Positions 1 through 12,100 of a stretch of DNA of 60,000 nucleotides are shown here, piece after piece. Made by a program: the position numbers and the translations under genes. Numbering within the stretch: position 1 is the first letter of the stretch; every line of letters starts with the position of its first letter. The notes below the pieces were generated by a model that saw only the letters and a program-made list of their open reading frames with translations, was not told the DNA's origin and made no database searches. The stretch comes from Mobula hypostoma (lineage: Eukaryota): assembly GCF_963921235.1 (NCBI RefSeq), contig NC_086108.1, forward strand, positions 82,152,001 to 82,212,000, given 5' to 3'.

Positions 1-925
1 ATCTGAAATCTATCACTTCTCTATGCAACACCAATTTGTTAAATCTGGTCACTAATGTTGAATTACATGACCCTCTTTCTGGAGACCCACAAGATCGCAG
101 ATGCTGAGATCTGGAGCAATAAGCAATCTGCTGGAGGAACTCTGCAGGTTGAACAGTATACCTGCTATTTCCCCTTTTACTCTTAGTCCTCATATAGAGT
201 TTTGATGTAAAACATTGACAGTTCCTGCCCCCTGCATAGATGCTGCTTGACCTACTGAGGTTTCTCTAGCAGGTTGGAAATGTAAGAGTCTGCAGATGCT
301 GGAATCTGGAGCAACATGAGATGCTAGAGGAACTCATCGAGTCTCAACCTGAAACATTGACTGAACATTTCCCTCCATTGATGCTACCCGACCTGCTGAG
401 TTCCTCCAGTGTCGTCTTTTTGCTCTTCGTGCAGATTGTTGCTTGCTTATTCTGGTTTTTTTTGGTTTATTGGCAAGATAATATTAAATCTAAGGAATAT
501 TTAGTTTTATAGTTTTTGGAAAGCCACATGCAGAACACTTGGTGCATCATGGGCTGATTGTAACCAGGCAATAATCATTTGCGTGCTAAATACTGTGTCA
601 TAATCCATGTCATAATCCACTGAGCCAGTGTGGGAGAGCTAAACGTTTTCTAATTGTAATTGTTTTATTTACCTGTACTTGTAGTAAAATGGGTAATGTT
701 TAGTCACACTTGTGTAAAATTAGCTATTCTAACAGCATGATGTGAAATAGTTAGTTACAATTGTTTTTAAAAATAAATTGATTCAACACTTTTTGCACTT
801 TATGAAAGTGCAGTTTCATTTGATAAATGTATGAATGATGTAATGTGCTCTTGTGCTGTGTTCAAGGGTATAATGGCTGCTGCTCTGACCCATGTCATTG
901 TGGAGTTCCTATTCACTTTAGTTAT

Positions 926-3900
926 TCATCATCATCATGTGCCATACTCTGCCAGAGCCTTGGTGACCACTTTCTTTCACAGCGATCTGTCGCCAGTCAA
1001 GTCTCTTGCATCTCTGGCAGTGAGGCTGGTCCACTTCTTGATGTTGTCAATCCAGGTTGTCCTCTGTCTGCCTCGAGAGCGGCTTCATTCTACTCTGCCT
1101 TCAAGCACAGTGCGTTGCAGTGTGTCATCAGTTCTTGAGATGTGTCCAAAATACCAAAGTTTCCTTTGGATAACGGTTTGCAGAAGTATTGGTTTCATGC
1201 CAGTCTTTTCTAGGATGAAATTGTTGGATCTCCTTTCAATGTATGATACCCTGAGGATCTGTATGTCCACATCTCAAATGCTGTCAGCTTCTTTTCATCA
1301 GCTGCTTTCAGGGTCCATGTTTCACAGCCATATCGGGTTACTGGCCAGACGAGACTCTCGAGGAGGCGTATCTTGGTGTAAGGGCTCACAGATCTATCTT
1401 TCCAGATGTTCCAGAGTTCGGTGGTGCTTGAGTGTGCCTTTGCTAGCCTCCGCCTTATTTCCTTGCTGCATTCGTTTGTGTCATTTAGTACTGCACCAAG
1501 GTACATAAAGGAGGACATTTGTTCGATCTTGTCGTTTCCGATGTAGATGTCAGCTTGAATTGCAGTTTTGCTTATCACCATAACTTTGGTCTTTTTGCCA
1601 TTTATCAGCAATCCAAATTCAGCAGAGACGTTTGCAACATTATTGAGTAGTGCTTGTAGGTCTTCTTCTGTTGTGGCTAGCAGGGCTGTGTCATCTGCGT
1701 ATCTCAAGTTACTGATGGTTCTTCCTCCTATTTTAATGTCAGTGTTGTCTGGAATTGCCAGTCTCATGATCATCTCGGTGTAGATGTTAAGAAGGTGTGG
1801 AGAAAGGATGCATCCTTGGCAGACTTCTTTCCCATTGCAGAATGATTCAGTCTTGCCAGATGTGGTCCGAAGCCTGAAGGATTGCGTAGCATACAGTGAT
1901 TCTAGAAGAGCCACTAGGTGTGGTACTACGCCCAGCTGAATTATTGTCGTCCACAGTTTGGTGTATTGGACACAGTCAAATGCCTTTAAGTAGTCTGTGA
2001 AGCAGATGTACAGGGGGGTATTGACCTCTCTTATTTTCTCCATTATTAGGCGCACGTTGAAGAGCTGGTCCCTGGTACCTCGGCCACTCCTGAAGCCAGC
2101 CTGTTTGAGTGCAACTTCTCTATCTACGTAGTTCTTTAGTCTCTAAGATGATTATGAGTAGAACCTTGCTGGCGTGTAATATCAATGCAATTGTTTTGTA
2201 AGTACTGCACTGCAGGAGGTCCCCTTTCTTGGGAATTGGAACGTAGACAGATTTGCACCAGTCTGTTGGCCATTTGCCAGTCTTCCAGATGGCACAGACA
2301 ATGCAGTGCAAGATGTGGGCCATTGAGGTGCCTGTTGCTTTCAGTAGTTCTGCTGGTATGTTGTCTGGACCAAGTGCTTTATTCTTTTTAATCATCTCAA
2401 TTGCTCTTTCTACTTCTGGCAGTAGTGGCTCTGGTTCATGTTCCAGTGTTGTCCAGTCAATGGCTTTGTCACTGTTTTCATTCTCGTGATTTTCATAGAG
2501 CTTCTTGGTGTACTTGAGTCACCTTTCCCTCACATCTGCAGCTTCTGTCAGAAATTTTCCCTTGTCATTTTTGATTGCACCAATTCTTGGTGTGAAGGTG
2601 CCGGTAAGTTCTTTTACTGCAGCACAAACTATCTTGCCTTTGGCCTCATTTTCCATGTTGGAACAGATGTGTTGTAGGTATGCCTCTTTGTCAAGCCTGC
2701 AACGTCGTCGTACTTCACGCTTCAGCTCCTTGTATTCCTTGTTGTTCCTTTCTGACCTTTCACCAATCTCTTCTTTTCTACTGCATACAGCGTTTCATTT
2801 GTGATCCATTCTGTGCCTTTGTGCTTGTGTCGCTTTGGAATGTGTTTCTCTGCTGCTGTTGTCAATGCATCTCTTGTTGCGTTCCAAAGTTCTTCTGGTT
2901 CGACCTCTTCTTGTAAGTTCAGCAGGGCTTCAAAATTGTTGCAAACCTCTATGCTGAAAGAGTTTGGGTATGTCTGAGAGATCATATCTGACTGCTGGCT
3001 TTGCTTGTTTTACGTTCTTAACCCTGAGCTTCATCTTGGCCTACAGCAGTTGATGATCAGTATCACAGTCAGCTCCCAGATATGTCCTCCATTTCAGAAT
3101 ATTTGATTTCCCTCTTTTGTTGGGGAGGATATAATCAATCTGGTTCCTGGTTTTACCAACAGGAGCTGACCGTGTGAATTTGCACCGAGGGTGTTGAGCA
3201 AACATTGTGTTCATTATGCAGAGGTGGTTTTCTTGACAGAACTCAACTAGCCGTGTCCCCCATTCATTTGGTGTTCCTAAACCGTTGTTTCCCATGACTT
3301 CCTTATACTTTTGCATTGAAATCACCTAAAATGAGCACATCATCAGTTTTCGGAGTATCATCAATGAGGCCTTGCAGGTTGTTATCATGTCTCTCAAGCT
3401 CTTCCTCCTCTGCATCGCTAGTTGGTGAGTAGTTGACAATGAGTGTGATTGGGAAAGGCTTGCATTGTATAGGGATAGACATTATACTTTATACTTTATT
3501 GTTACCAAACAATTGATACTAGAGCGTACAATCATCACAGCGATATTTGATTCTGCGCTTCGCGTTCCCTGGAGTACAAATCGATAGTAAATATTAAAAA
3601 TTTAAATTGTAAATCACAAATAGAAAACAGAAAAGGGAACGTAAGGTAGTGCAAAAAAACCGAGAGGCAGGTCCAGGTATTTGGAGGGTACGACCCTGAT
3701 CCGGGTCAGGATCTGTTCAGCAGTCTTATCACAGGTGGAAAGAAGCTGTTCCCAAATCTGGTCGTACATGTCTTCAAGCACCTGAGCCTTCTCCCGGAGG
3801 GAAGAGGGACGAAAAGTGTGTTGGCTGGGTGGGTCGTGTCCTTGATTATCCTGGCAGCACTGCTCAAACAGCGTGCGGTGTAAATTGAGTCCAAGGACGG

Positions 3901-4990
3901 AAGATTGGTTTGTGTGATGTGCTGCACTGTGTTCACGATCTTCTGCAGCTTCTTCTGGTCTTGGACAGGGCAACCTCCATACCAGGTTGTGATGCACCCT
4001 TGAAGAATGCTTTTATGGTGCATCTATAAAAAAAAATAGTGAGGGTTTTAGGGGACAGGCCAAATTTCTTTGGCTTTCTCAGGAAGTAAAGGCGCTGGTG
4101 GGCCGCCTTGGCAGTGGACTCTGCTTGGTTGGACCAAGTCAGGTCATATGTGATATTGACCCCGAGGAACCTAAAGCTTTTGACCTGTTCCACTTGCGCA
4201 CCACCAATGCAAATTGGGTCGTGCGGTCCGCTACTCCTTCTGAAGTCAAGAACCAATTCTTTCGTCTTGCTGACATTGAGGGATAGGTTATTGTCTTCAC
4301 ACCATGCCACCAAGTTCTTAATTTTCTCTCTGTACTCAAACTCAACATTACCCGCGATACAGCCTACAATTATGGTGTCATCAGCAAACTTATATATTGA
4401 GTTCGATGGAAACCTTGGCTACACAATCATGGGTGTACAGTGAGTACAGCAGGGGGCAGAGTACACAGCCTTGTGGGGCTCAGAGTGATTGTAGAGGAGA
4501 GCTTCTCCCCTATTTTTACAGCCTGGGTCCATTAGTCGTTTGTTCAATGGATTGTAGCCTAGTACTGCTTTAGCTATTCCTTGCTTCGAGATGAATACAA
4601 CACCTGCTCTTCCTCCTTTCTCAGATCCGGAGTAGTACATTGTGTAGCTGTTCTTTGTTGTAAAATGACCTCTGTCAGACCATCTGATCTCTGTTATTCC
4701 AATGATATCGCAGCCGATTTCATGGATGAGAAGGTGAAGTTTCCCTTTACTGCTTAGAGTGCAAACATTCCAAGTGCCAATATTGATATAATGTTTGTTA
4801 AGTCTGAGGGTCTTCGTCCCAGCACTGGTTGTGTCAGATTCTGGGGTTCCTGGAAGAAGGTTTTCCCCCAGAGTTGTCATTATGACCAGAGGTACTTGAA
4901 GTGCCATCAGCCTCTTCCTCAGTAGCATTGTACCCTGCAGGTCCCACTGCCCACAGAAAGGTTTTTGTCATTCATAGAGTGAAAGTGGTT
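926..4990 (-). mobile_element. Near full-length decayed RTE-clade LINE, interrupted at 3485-4529
   Basis: APE start IGTWNV..L, RNQIDYIL, DHQLL; RT KAFD, QGCILSP, LRYADD; (ATG)n 3' tail near 926-937. Confidence 0.92.
3485..4529 (-). mobile_element. 5'-truncated Rex1/Babar-type LINE nested in the RTE
   Basis: WCEDNNLSLNVSKTKELVLDFRR, QRLYFLRK, LPSGRR, NSFFP; (AAGTATA)n-like tail; CATTA TSD at 3480-3484 and 4530-4534. Confidence 0.9.
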
Positions 4991-5184
4991 GTCTTGGAGG
5001 AAAGAGAATTCTTAGTGTAATAACTTTAGTTATTACATTAAGAAATTGGTTTAAGTCTTCAAGCTCCTATATGTTTATTAATTGTCAAATAATTTTCAAA
5101 ATTATCTTCATTATTCTAGGAGTTTCACATTTTGAAATTCAATTTAACCTTTAGAAAAATAAAGGTTAAGTGTCTTTCTAGGGT

Positions 5185-5520
5185 TCTTTATTCCCTGGAG
5201 TGCAGAACTATGAAGGATGACTTCATACAGATGGTCATAGAATTTTTTCTCAGGATTAGGTAGATCAAAATCTGAAGGCAAAGATGCAACATGAGTGCGG
5301 TAAAATTTACAGAGGGTAGTGAATATCTGAAATGAGCTGTCAGGGGAAGTGGTTGAGCCGGGTACAATTGCAACTTTTGAGATATTTTGATAGGTACATG
5401 GGTAGAGGGGCTTGGAGTATTATAGGTCAAATGCAGGAAACTGGAACGAGCAGGAAGGATGCTGTGCTTGGTATTGACCAGTTGTGTAAAAGGGCCTTTT
5501 TCAGTGCTGTATTACTCTGA
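5185..5520 (+). mobile_element. Old CR1-type LINE 3' fragment
   Basis: Degenerate CR1 3' end (SLECR.., RVVNIWN-like, terminal GGGCC..TGCTGTATTACTCT). Confidence 0.65.
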
Positions 5521-6109
5521 ATCTGTCAGCTTTTCACTTGTGGTAGAGCCAGCAACCAAATTCAGTACCTCTGGCAACAACACAGTAGATCTATCTGGCT
5601 ATAAGTGGATAGTGTTCCAACTTTCCAAGTATTCTTGCACGTCCACCTTTCATAATCTCCCTCTGTTTAGATTATTTAGATTATGAGAACACTCAATCCT
5701 CTTTTATTGTCATTTAGAAATGCATACATGCATTAAAAATGATACAATTTAGGCAGATACTTGTGGTTACATTTGGAATGGACCATAGGAGAGGCTGAAG
5801 AATGTTCAGGCTTCCAGGTGTCATTTGAACATCCTGGTAGTAAGTTCACAGCCAGTCGAAGAGCCCATTAGTTGCAGACTGCAGCCTCAGTTCAGCACAG
5901 AGGCAAGTAAACCTTGCGGAGCAGTGAGCTGAACACCAGCTCATCCCTCGCCTCCGACCTCAAAACCCTGATCTTTTCAATCTGGCTCTGTGCTTAAATC
6001 ATTGTAAGTGAGGAGTTCTGTACTCAACAATAATCAAAAACTAGCAGAAAGTTAAAAGTTGTACTTGCAGCTTTATTGGTGCTGTAATCTTTGAGTTACT
6101 CAACTGAAT

Positions 6110-6960
6110 TTGTAACTTGTAACATTTATCAGAATGGGTTTATTATTGTCACATGAGATACAGTGAAAACTATCTTGCGTATTGTTCACACAGATTAGAT
6201 TATTACAGAACATTAAGCTAGAACAAGGTAAAACAACAATAGAGTGCAGAATAAAATGTAACAGCCACAGAAAGGGCACTGGAAGGAAAGAATGAGATGT
6301 AAGCTCATAACGTAGTAGATTGTAAGTGTTCATTTTATCATACTTGGAAATCATTTAATAGTCTTAACAGCAGAGCAGAAGCTGTTCTTTAGCTTGGTGA
6401 TTTCAGGCTTTTGTATCTTCTGCCCGATGGAAGAGGGGAGGATGGAATTTCTGGAGCGGGTGGACTTCTGGATTACGCTGAGGTAGTGAGATGTATAGAT
6501 AGATAGAGAGACGGATTTTCGTGATGTGCTGAGCTGTGTCCACAACTTTGAAGTTCCTTGCTGTCATATGCCGAACAGTTATCATACCAATCTGTGATGC
6601 ATCCAAGGATTTTTTAAAACGGTGCATCAATTTTAAAAATCAGTGAGTTGAAGGGGACAGGCCAAATCTGTTTAGCTTTCTGTGAAGGTAGAGCTGCTGG
6701 TGAGCTGTCTTAGCTGTAGCATCTGTGTGGTTGGACCATGACAGTCTACTGGTGATGTTCACTCCTAGGAATTTGAAGTTCTCAACCTCCACACTGTTGA
6801 TATAGACAGGAGCATGTGCACTGCATCCCTTTCTGAAGTCAATGACAAGCTCTTGTGTTTCGCTGGCATCAAGAGGAAGGTTGTCTATCTCCTTCCTGTA
6901 CTCGAAGTTATTATTTGAGATGTGGCCCACTATGGTGGTGTCTAAATGATGGAATTGGAG
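6110..6960 (-). mobile_element. Rex1-type LINE 3' fragment
   Basis: TQELVIDFRK, NFKFLGVNI, HQQLYL; tail ends in GACAATAATAAACC. Confidence 0.8.
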
Positions 6961-9063
6961 CAGAATCTGCTACAGTAGCCACAAGTCTACAGAGGGTAGT
7001 GTATCTTGTATTTCCCATTTCAGCTGACACACAGCTGTACTCTTGTACAGGCAAGATATTCTTTAAATCTGTACAAATAATTTATTGTTGAATTTTGTTA
7101 ATCTTTTCACATCTAACTGGGCATATTCTGTAGTTTATTTGATTTCGTATTTTAGTTGGGTAAAGATCTGGTCAAGTCATTTACTGTCAGTGATTTGACA
7201 GCTTGTGTATTTTACATACAGTTCAAAACTGTCAATATAACAGAAATATTAAGCTAATTATTTATAAAAGGAATTGGGGGGCCTTTGCGATGCTTAGGCT
7301 TTGGCAGTGGAAAAAAAGAATGTGTTGGTGCAGGAGTTTAAATCCCAAAGAGTTTGGTATACTGCTCGTCATTATGAAACCTTACATTCTTATTGTAAAA
7401 TGTTATATTGTTTCATTTAGTATCTCCTGCAAGTGGCTTCTTATTTAAGTTGTTTCTAATCAATTTGTGTATTGATATGTTTTGTCCTTTCAAGATTTTT
7501 AAAAACCTGATCAAACATCTTTGCTGTTGATGTTGTATTTGATATTAGTGAAGATTCTGTCTCTATCGACTGACCCTCCAAAATGGAAATTAAGCATGTG
7601 ACATGAGGAGTTGCACTGTTTGCAGACCTGAGAATATGCTCAAACCAATGATGTGGCAATGTCTTAAGGACAGTAAAACTGTGTTTAATATTGACCTCGA
7701 TCTGCTTCTGAAGGTTTTTCAATTTTATCTGTAATTAAAATATTGTGTTTAAATAGTCTAATTGTGTCATTTGTATTTCTTCTGAAATCGTCTCTATTAA
7801 AAATGCTTAAAACTGAAAATTGTGTCCCTCCAATTTGCTTTCCTTCTTGCCTTGATTCATAAATGAATAAAATTTTGGGAGAGGTGGGGTGGGGAGAGAG
7901 AGAGAATGGGGGAGTGAAATGGTCTGCAGAGGTGGGTTGATTGGCCAGTATATAATTGTTCTTATTCTTTGCATAAATGTATACCATAGAGATGACCTTA
8001 ATACATTCAAGTGAAAGTGTCTTTAAACAACCTAAACAACTTCTTGTTATAAGCATGTACAGATTCTGTGTTCGAGTAGGTCACTCAGGCATTGTAACAT
8101 GCTCTTCCATTCAATTAAATCACAACTGATCTGAATGTAATCCCATTTCTGCATTATTGTCCAGTCTCAATTCTTCACATCCTTTCTTATTAGGAATCTA
8201 TCTGCTTCGGCTTTACAAATATTCAAAGATGGCCATTTTCCACCTTGGCATAACAAAGACTCATTATCAGAGGAAAAAGTAGTTCTTCACCTCTTTAAAT
8301 GGGTGACCCAATATCTTTAAACTGTGTATGTACTTAACATGGTAGAAATGATATGTCATCAGAATACACTTTAGTGATGCAATCTGTTAACAAAAAACAA
8401 CTTTCATTGTTATGGACTAATACTTCTGATTTACTTCAGTGAGAAGGTTGTAATTGAAAAATTCATAGAAGGAGACATGGAAATTCTCAAAACATGTTAT
8501 TAAGGAGGAGAAAGGCAAGGAAGAGATTGCTGGGCATTCACAGAATTTTCTAAATTTTTGCTGACTAGAGATGACGTGCTAGATGACTGCAGAACAGTAA
8601 ACATGGAGCCTTTATTCAAGAAGAGCATCTAGGATAAGCCAGGTAATTACAGACATGAGTCTTAACATCTAGTAATGAAGTTCTGAGGGCCAAGTTTAAT
8701 CAAAGTTGACTTGACTTTGTTACAGGGAAGATGCTTTCTGATCAATTTGGTAATTAACTGAAATTTTCTATTAACAACATAGATGTGAGTGTAAACTGAA
8801 GGATAAATATGTAGAGACTCAACCAAGACAGGTCTGTACTATATGATCAGAGGTTAATGGGGCTGTTGTATCCAAGAGTTTGGTTGCAAGGTAAGAGTAC
8901 TGCTGAAAAATAGATATTCACCATATACTCCATCTCAATTCATACATGGATCCTTGCTTGAGGCACAAGATGGGTGAAACTAGCATTAAAAACTTTATTA
9001 CCAAAGCCTTACCTTTATTAATTATATTAAAGGACAATAGATATGCCTTGAGTTTCTGATTCC

Positions 9064-9069
9064 TTTATT
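9064..9069 (-). terminator. Candidate polyadenylation signal AATAAA of CIMAP2
   Basis: TTTATT on the + strand, about 25 nt downstream of the stop; further copies near 8995 and 9015. Confidence 0.55.
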
Positions 9070-9094
9070 TTATCTTTAAATATAAAAATGTTAT

Positions 9095-9146
9095 TCAGCT
9101 TGAATCATCTGGATCTGGATGGGCTGTTGTAGTTCTTAGGCGTTCC
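9095..9146 (-). CDS. CIMAP2: CIMAP2 terminal exon 10 (E-ERLRTTTAHPDPDDSS*)
   Basis: Long pyrimidine tract plus ccccctag acceptor; completes the phase-2 codon; TGA at 9097-9095. Confidence 0.82.
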
Positions 9147-12100
9147 CTAGGGGGATAAAAAGGTTTTTCAAAAAAAAAAGAGCTGAGGGCTAAAGACAAC
9201 AATGATTTAGCATGGATTACATTATTCTACGATGCAGCATTTTTGTAGGCAGGAGTCTTAAGAGTGCAATTTTAACATGGAGTTGTAAATCCAAAACTAG
9301 AAGCAAAATACTGTACATAAATAAAGCCGAAGGGTGCAAACTTACTCCATGTACTTGTTTCTTTCTAAGTTGTCCAGGGATCGCTGTGTTTTGGACTTGA
9401 AACATGAATTGTAAGTATTCACTGGTCTTGGATCATATTTCATGGGGTCATAGCGGCCAACACCAATATTATTCTGCAACAGAAGATGATTATTGGTAAA
9501 TTGGGAATGGGGACGGCTACTCATTACAAAGCTCAATTTCCCCAATCCCAGCACACTTATTTTATCCATTCTTGTTGAAAGTATTGACTATTTTAACAAG
9601 TCCCATGATATAAATCAGATAATTAAATGTAATGTCATTCTTTATCAATCATAAATTTGGTTCTTTACATCATCAGTGCTGAAGTTGACACTGTTGCATA
9701 TCCCCAATGTTGCATCGTACATTGGGTGATGAGGTATACTCACTGTAGATTGTTTGACTGAATTTGAGGGTAAAGCAGCATAGGATTCTACTTTTCCTTC
9801 AGCTCCTCCCACTTTATCCATGGGCATCTGCATGGGCCCCAGCTAGGTCTGCCTTTACGTTGGCCACGTAGAACAGTCCATGTTTGAAGCTTTCCCCCAG
9901 CTCTTCCTCTGCTACTTTTACAATTGCATTGGTGCTGCCTCATGCACCCATGCTGAGCTAGTCACTTTTATCAACTTTGCCTTTAACTTCCACCCTGCCT
10001 TTAAGTTCACTTGGGTCATCTCTGACATCTCCCTCCCCTTTCTCACCTGTCTCCATCTCATTTATAAACCCACCAATTCCCACAGTTATCTTGACTATAC
10101 CTCTTCCCATCCTACCTCCTGTAAAAATGTTATTCCCTTTTCTCAGTTCCTCTGCCACGTCTGTTCCCAGGAATTGGCTTTCCATTCCAGGACGTCAGAT
10201 ATTCTTCCTCCTTCAAAGAATGGGGCTTCCTTCCTTCCTTCCACTATTGATGCTGCTGTCATCTGCATCTCCTCTATTTCCCAAACATCTGTGCTCATCC
10301 CATCCTCCCACCGCCTTAACAATCCTTGCCCATCACCCCATCAGTCTCCGCATCCAACACATCATCCTCTACAACTTCCACCATCTCCAAAGGGATCCTA
10401 CCACTAAACCTATCTCTCCCTTCTTCTCCCCCCCCCCCTTCCCCACAGGGATTGCTCCCCCCACCATTCCTTTATCCTCCACTTGTCCCTCCTCACTAAT
10501 CTCCCTGCTGGGATTGTCTATTGTGTCCAGTGCTCCTGATGTGGTCTCGTCTATAGTGGTAAGACCCCTCATAAATTAGAGTAACCGCTTCGTCGAACAC
10601 TTCTACTCCATCCGCCAAAAGTGCAACTTCCTAGTGGCCAAATATTTTAATTCTGATTCCCATTACTGTTCTGACATGTGCCAAGATGAGGCCACCCTCA
10701 GAATGGAGGAGAAACACCTGAGTAGCTTCCAACCTGATGGCATGAATATTGATTTCTCCTTCCAGCTTTAAAAAAAACCTTTTCCCTCCCCCTTACCTCT
10801 TCCTCCATTACCCACTCTGGCCTTTAACCTCTTCTCACCTACCTATCACTTCTCCTTGGATCCCCTCCTTCCCTTTTTTCCTATGGTCCACTATCCTCAC
10901 CTATCAGATTCCTTCTCCAACCCTTTACCCACCTAGCCTCACCTATTACCATCCAGCTAGCCTCCTTCCCCTACCCACCTTTTTTTTCTAGCATTTTCTT
11001 CCTTCCTTCCTTCCCAGGCCTGAAGAAGAGTAATGTCAGCTGTTTATTCGTTTCTATTGATGCTGCCAAACTGCTGGGTTCTTCCAGCATGTTGTGTGTG
11101 GCACATGGATACTAGAGTCATTCAGCCAGAGATATCAGAACATGAGAATGTTCTGCACATAGAACATTCGAACATAGAATGTTCGAACATAGCACATCTG
11201 AAATAAAATGCCATGAGCAGTAAGGCTGATTATCAAACAAGTAGATTGTCTTCAAAGATATAAGAAAATCTGTGGATGCTGGAAGTCTTGAACACACACA
11301 AAATGCTGGAAGCACTAGGCAGGTCAGGTGCCATCAATGGAGAGAAATGAACGGTCAACATCTTAGGGAGAGATCCTTATTCAGGACCCGATCTGATGTC
11401 AGGGCAGTCTTCAAGCCTTTTATGGTTCACAAATGGCCTTTAGCGGTTGATTTCCCACACACGGCCTATTTGTAGCTTCCAAACACTCAGTGTGATGAGT
11501 TGCCATTAACTAAAAATAATGAGCAAGATACTGACTTTTATCAACACTGTTTAAAAAAAAAAAAAAAATCTGGATCAACCATTCAGCACTAGATTTGACA
11601 TAGACGCTCCGAGACATTGGCAAAGTTGTTCCCACTAGAAGGTGGGCCCATAAAAATGGAGAGCTGTAACAGAGATTAGACAGGCAATAGTCTGACAAAC
11701 ATGCCAATGTCCTATCTTTCAGTCAAATATTTAGGCTCTTTCATCATCAACCCTGCTTGTGACTTACTCAGATAGTGGAGACATGACTAGAGGCAAGCAG
11801 GGTGAGGTTGTTGCCTTTTGGGAGAACTGTCAAAGGCCAAGGCCCCCTGGCTGAAGTGGGTTGCTTGACTTCATGTTCTAAGTCCTGTTTGGGTTGAATG
11901 TGAAAACCTCATTCTGCACAAGCCTCCAGTGAAAATAGTCATACCAATTCTATCTGGGCAATAGATGACACTGTACATTTTAATGCAGAATGAAAGTAAT
12001 AGTCACTGCAATCCATGCAGTAAACATTGTTTTCTTGAATGAAAAAGGTGCTTTGGCATATTATATGGTGCTCATAAAAGTTGCACCACATAATGAAGTT

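Noticed and set aside
596..619. 12-bp tandem duplication TGTCATAATCCA
   Set aside because: Ordinary local duplication with no further structure.
831..1508. 225-aa plus-strand ORF
   Set aside because: Antisense shadow of the RTE LINE coding region.
1..9000. Possible DHCR24 exons expected from human synteny
   Set aside because: No recognisable coding sequence found; AT-rich stretches could be UTR but cannot be assigned.
11155..11195. Short repeated GAACATAG/TTCGAA units
   Set aside because: Local slippage repeat, too short and irregular; not a CRISPR-like array, and the DNA is eukaryotic.
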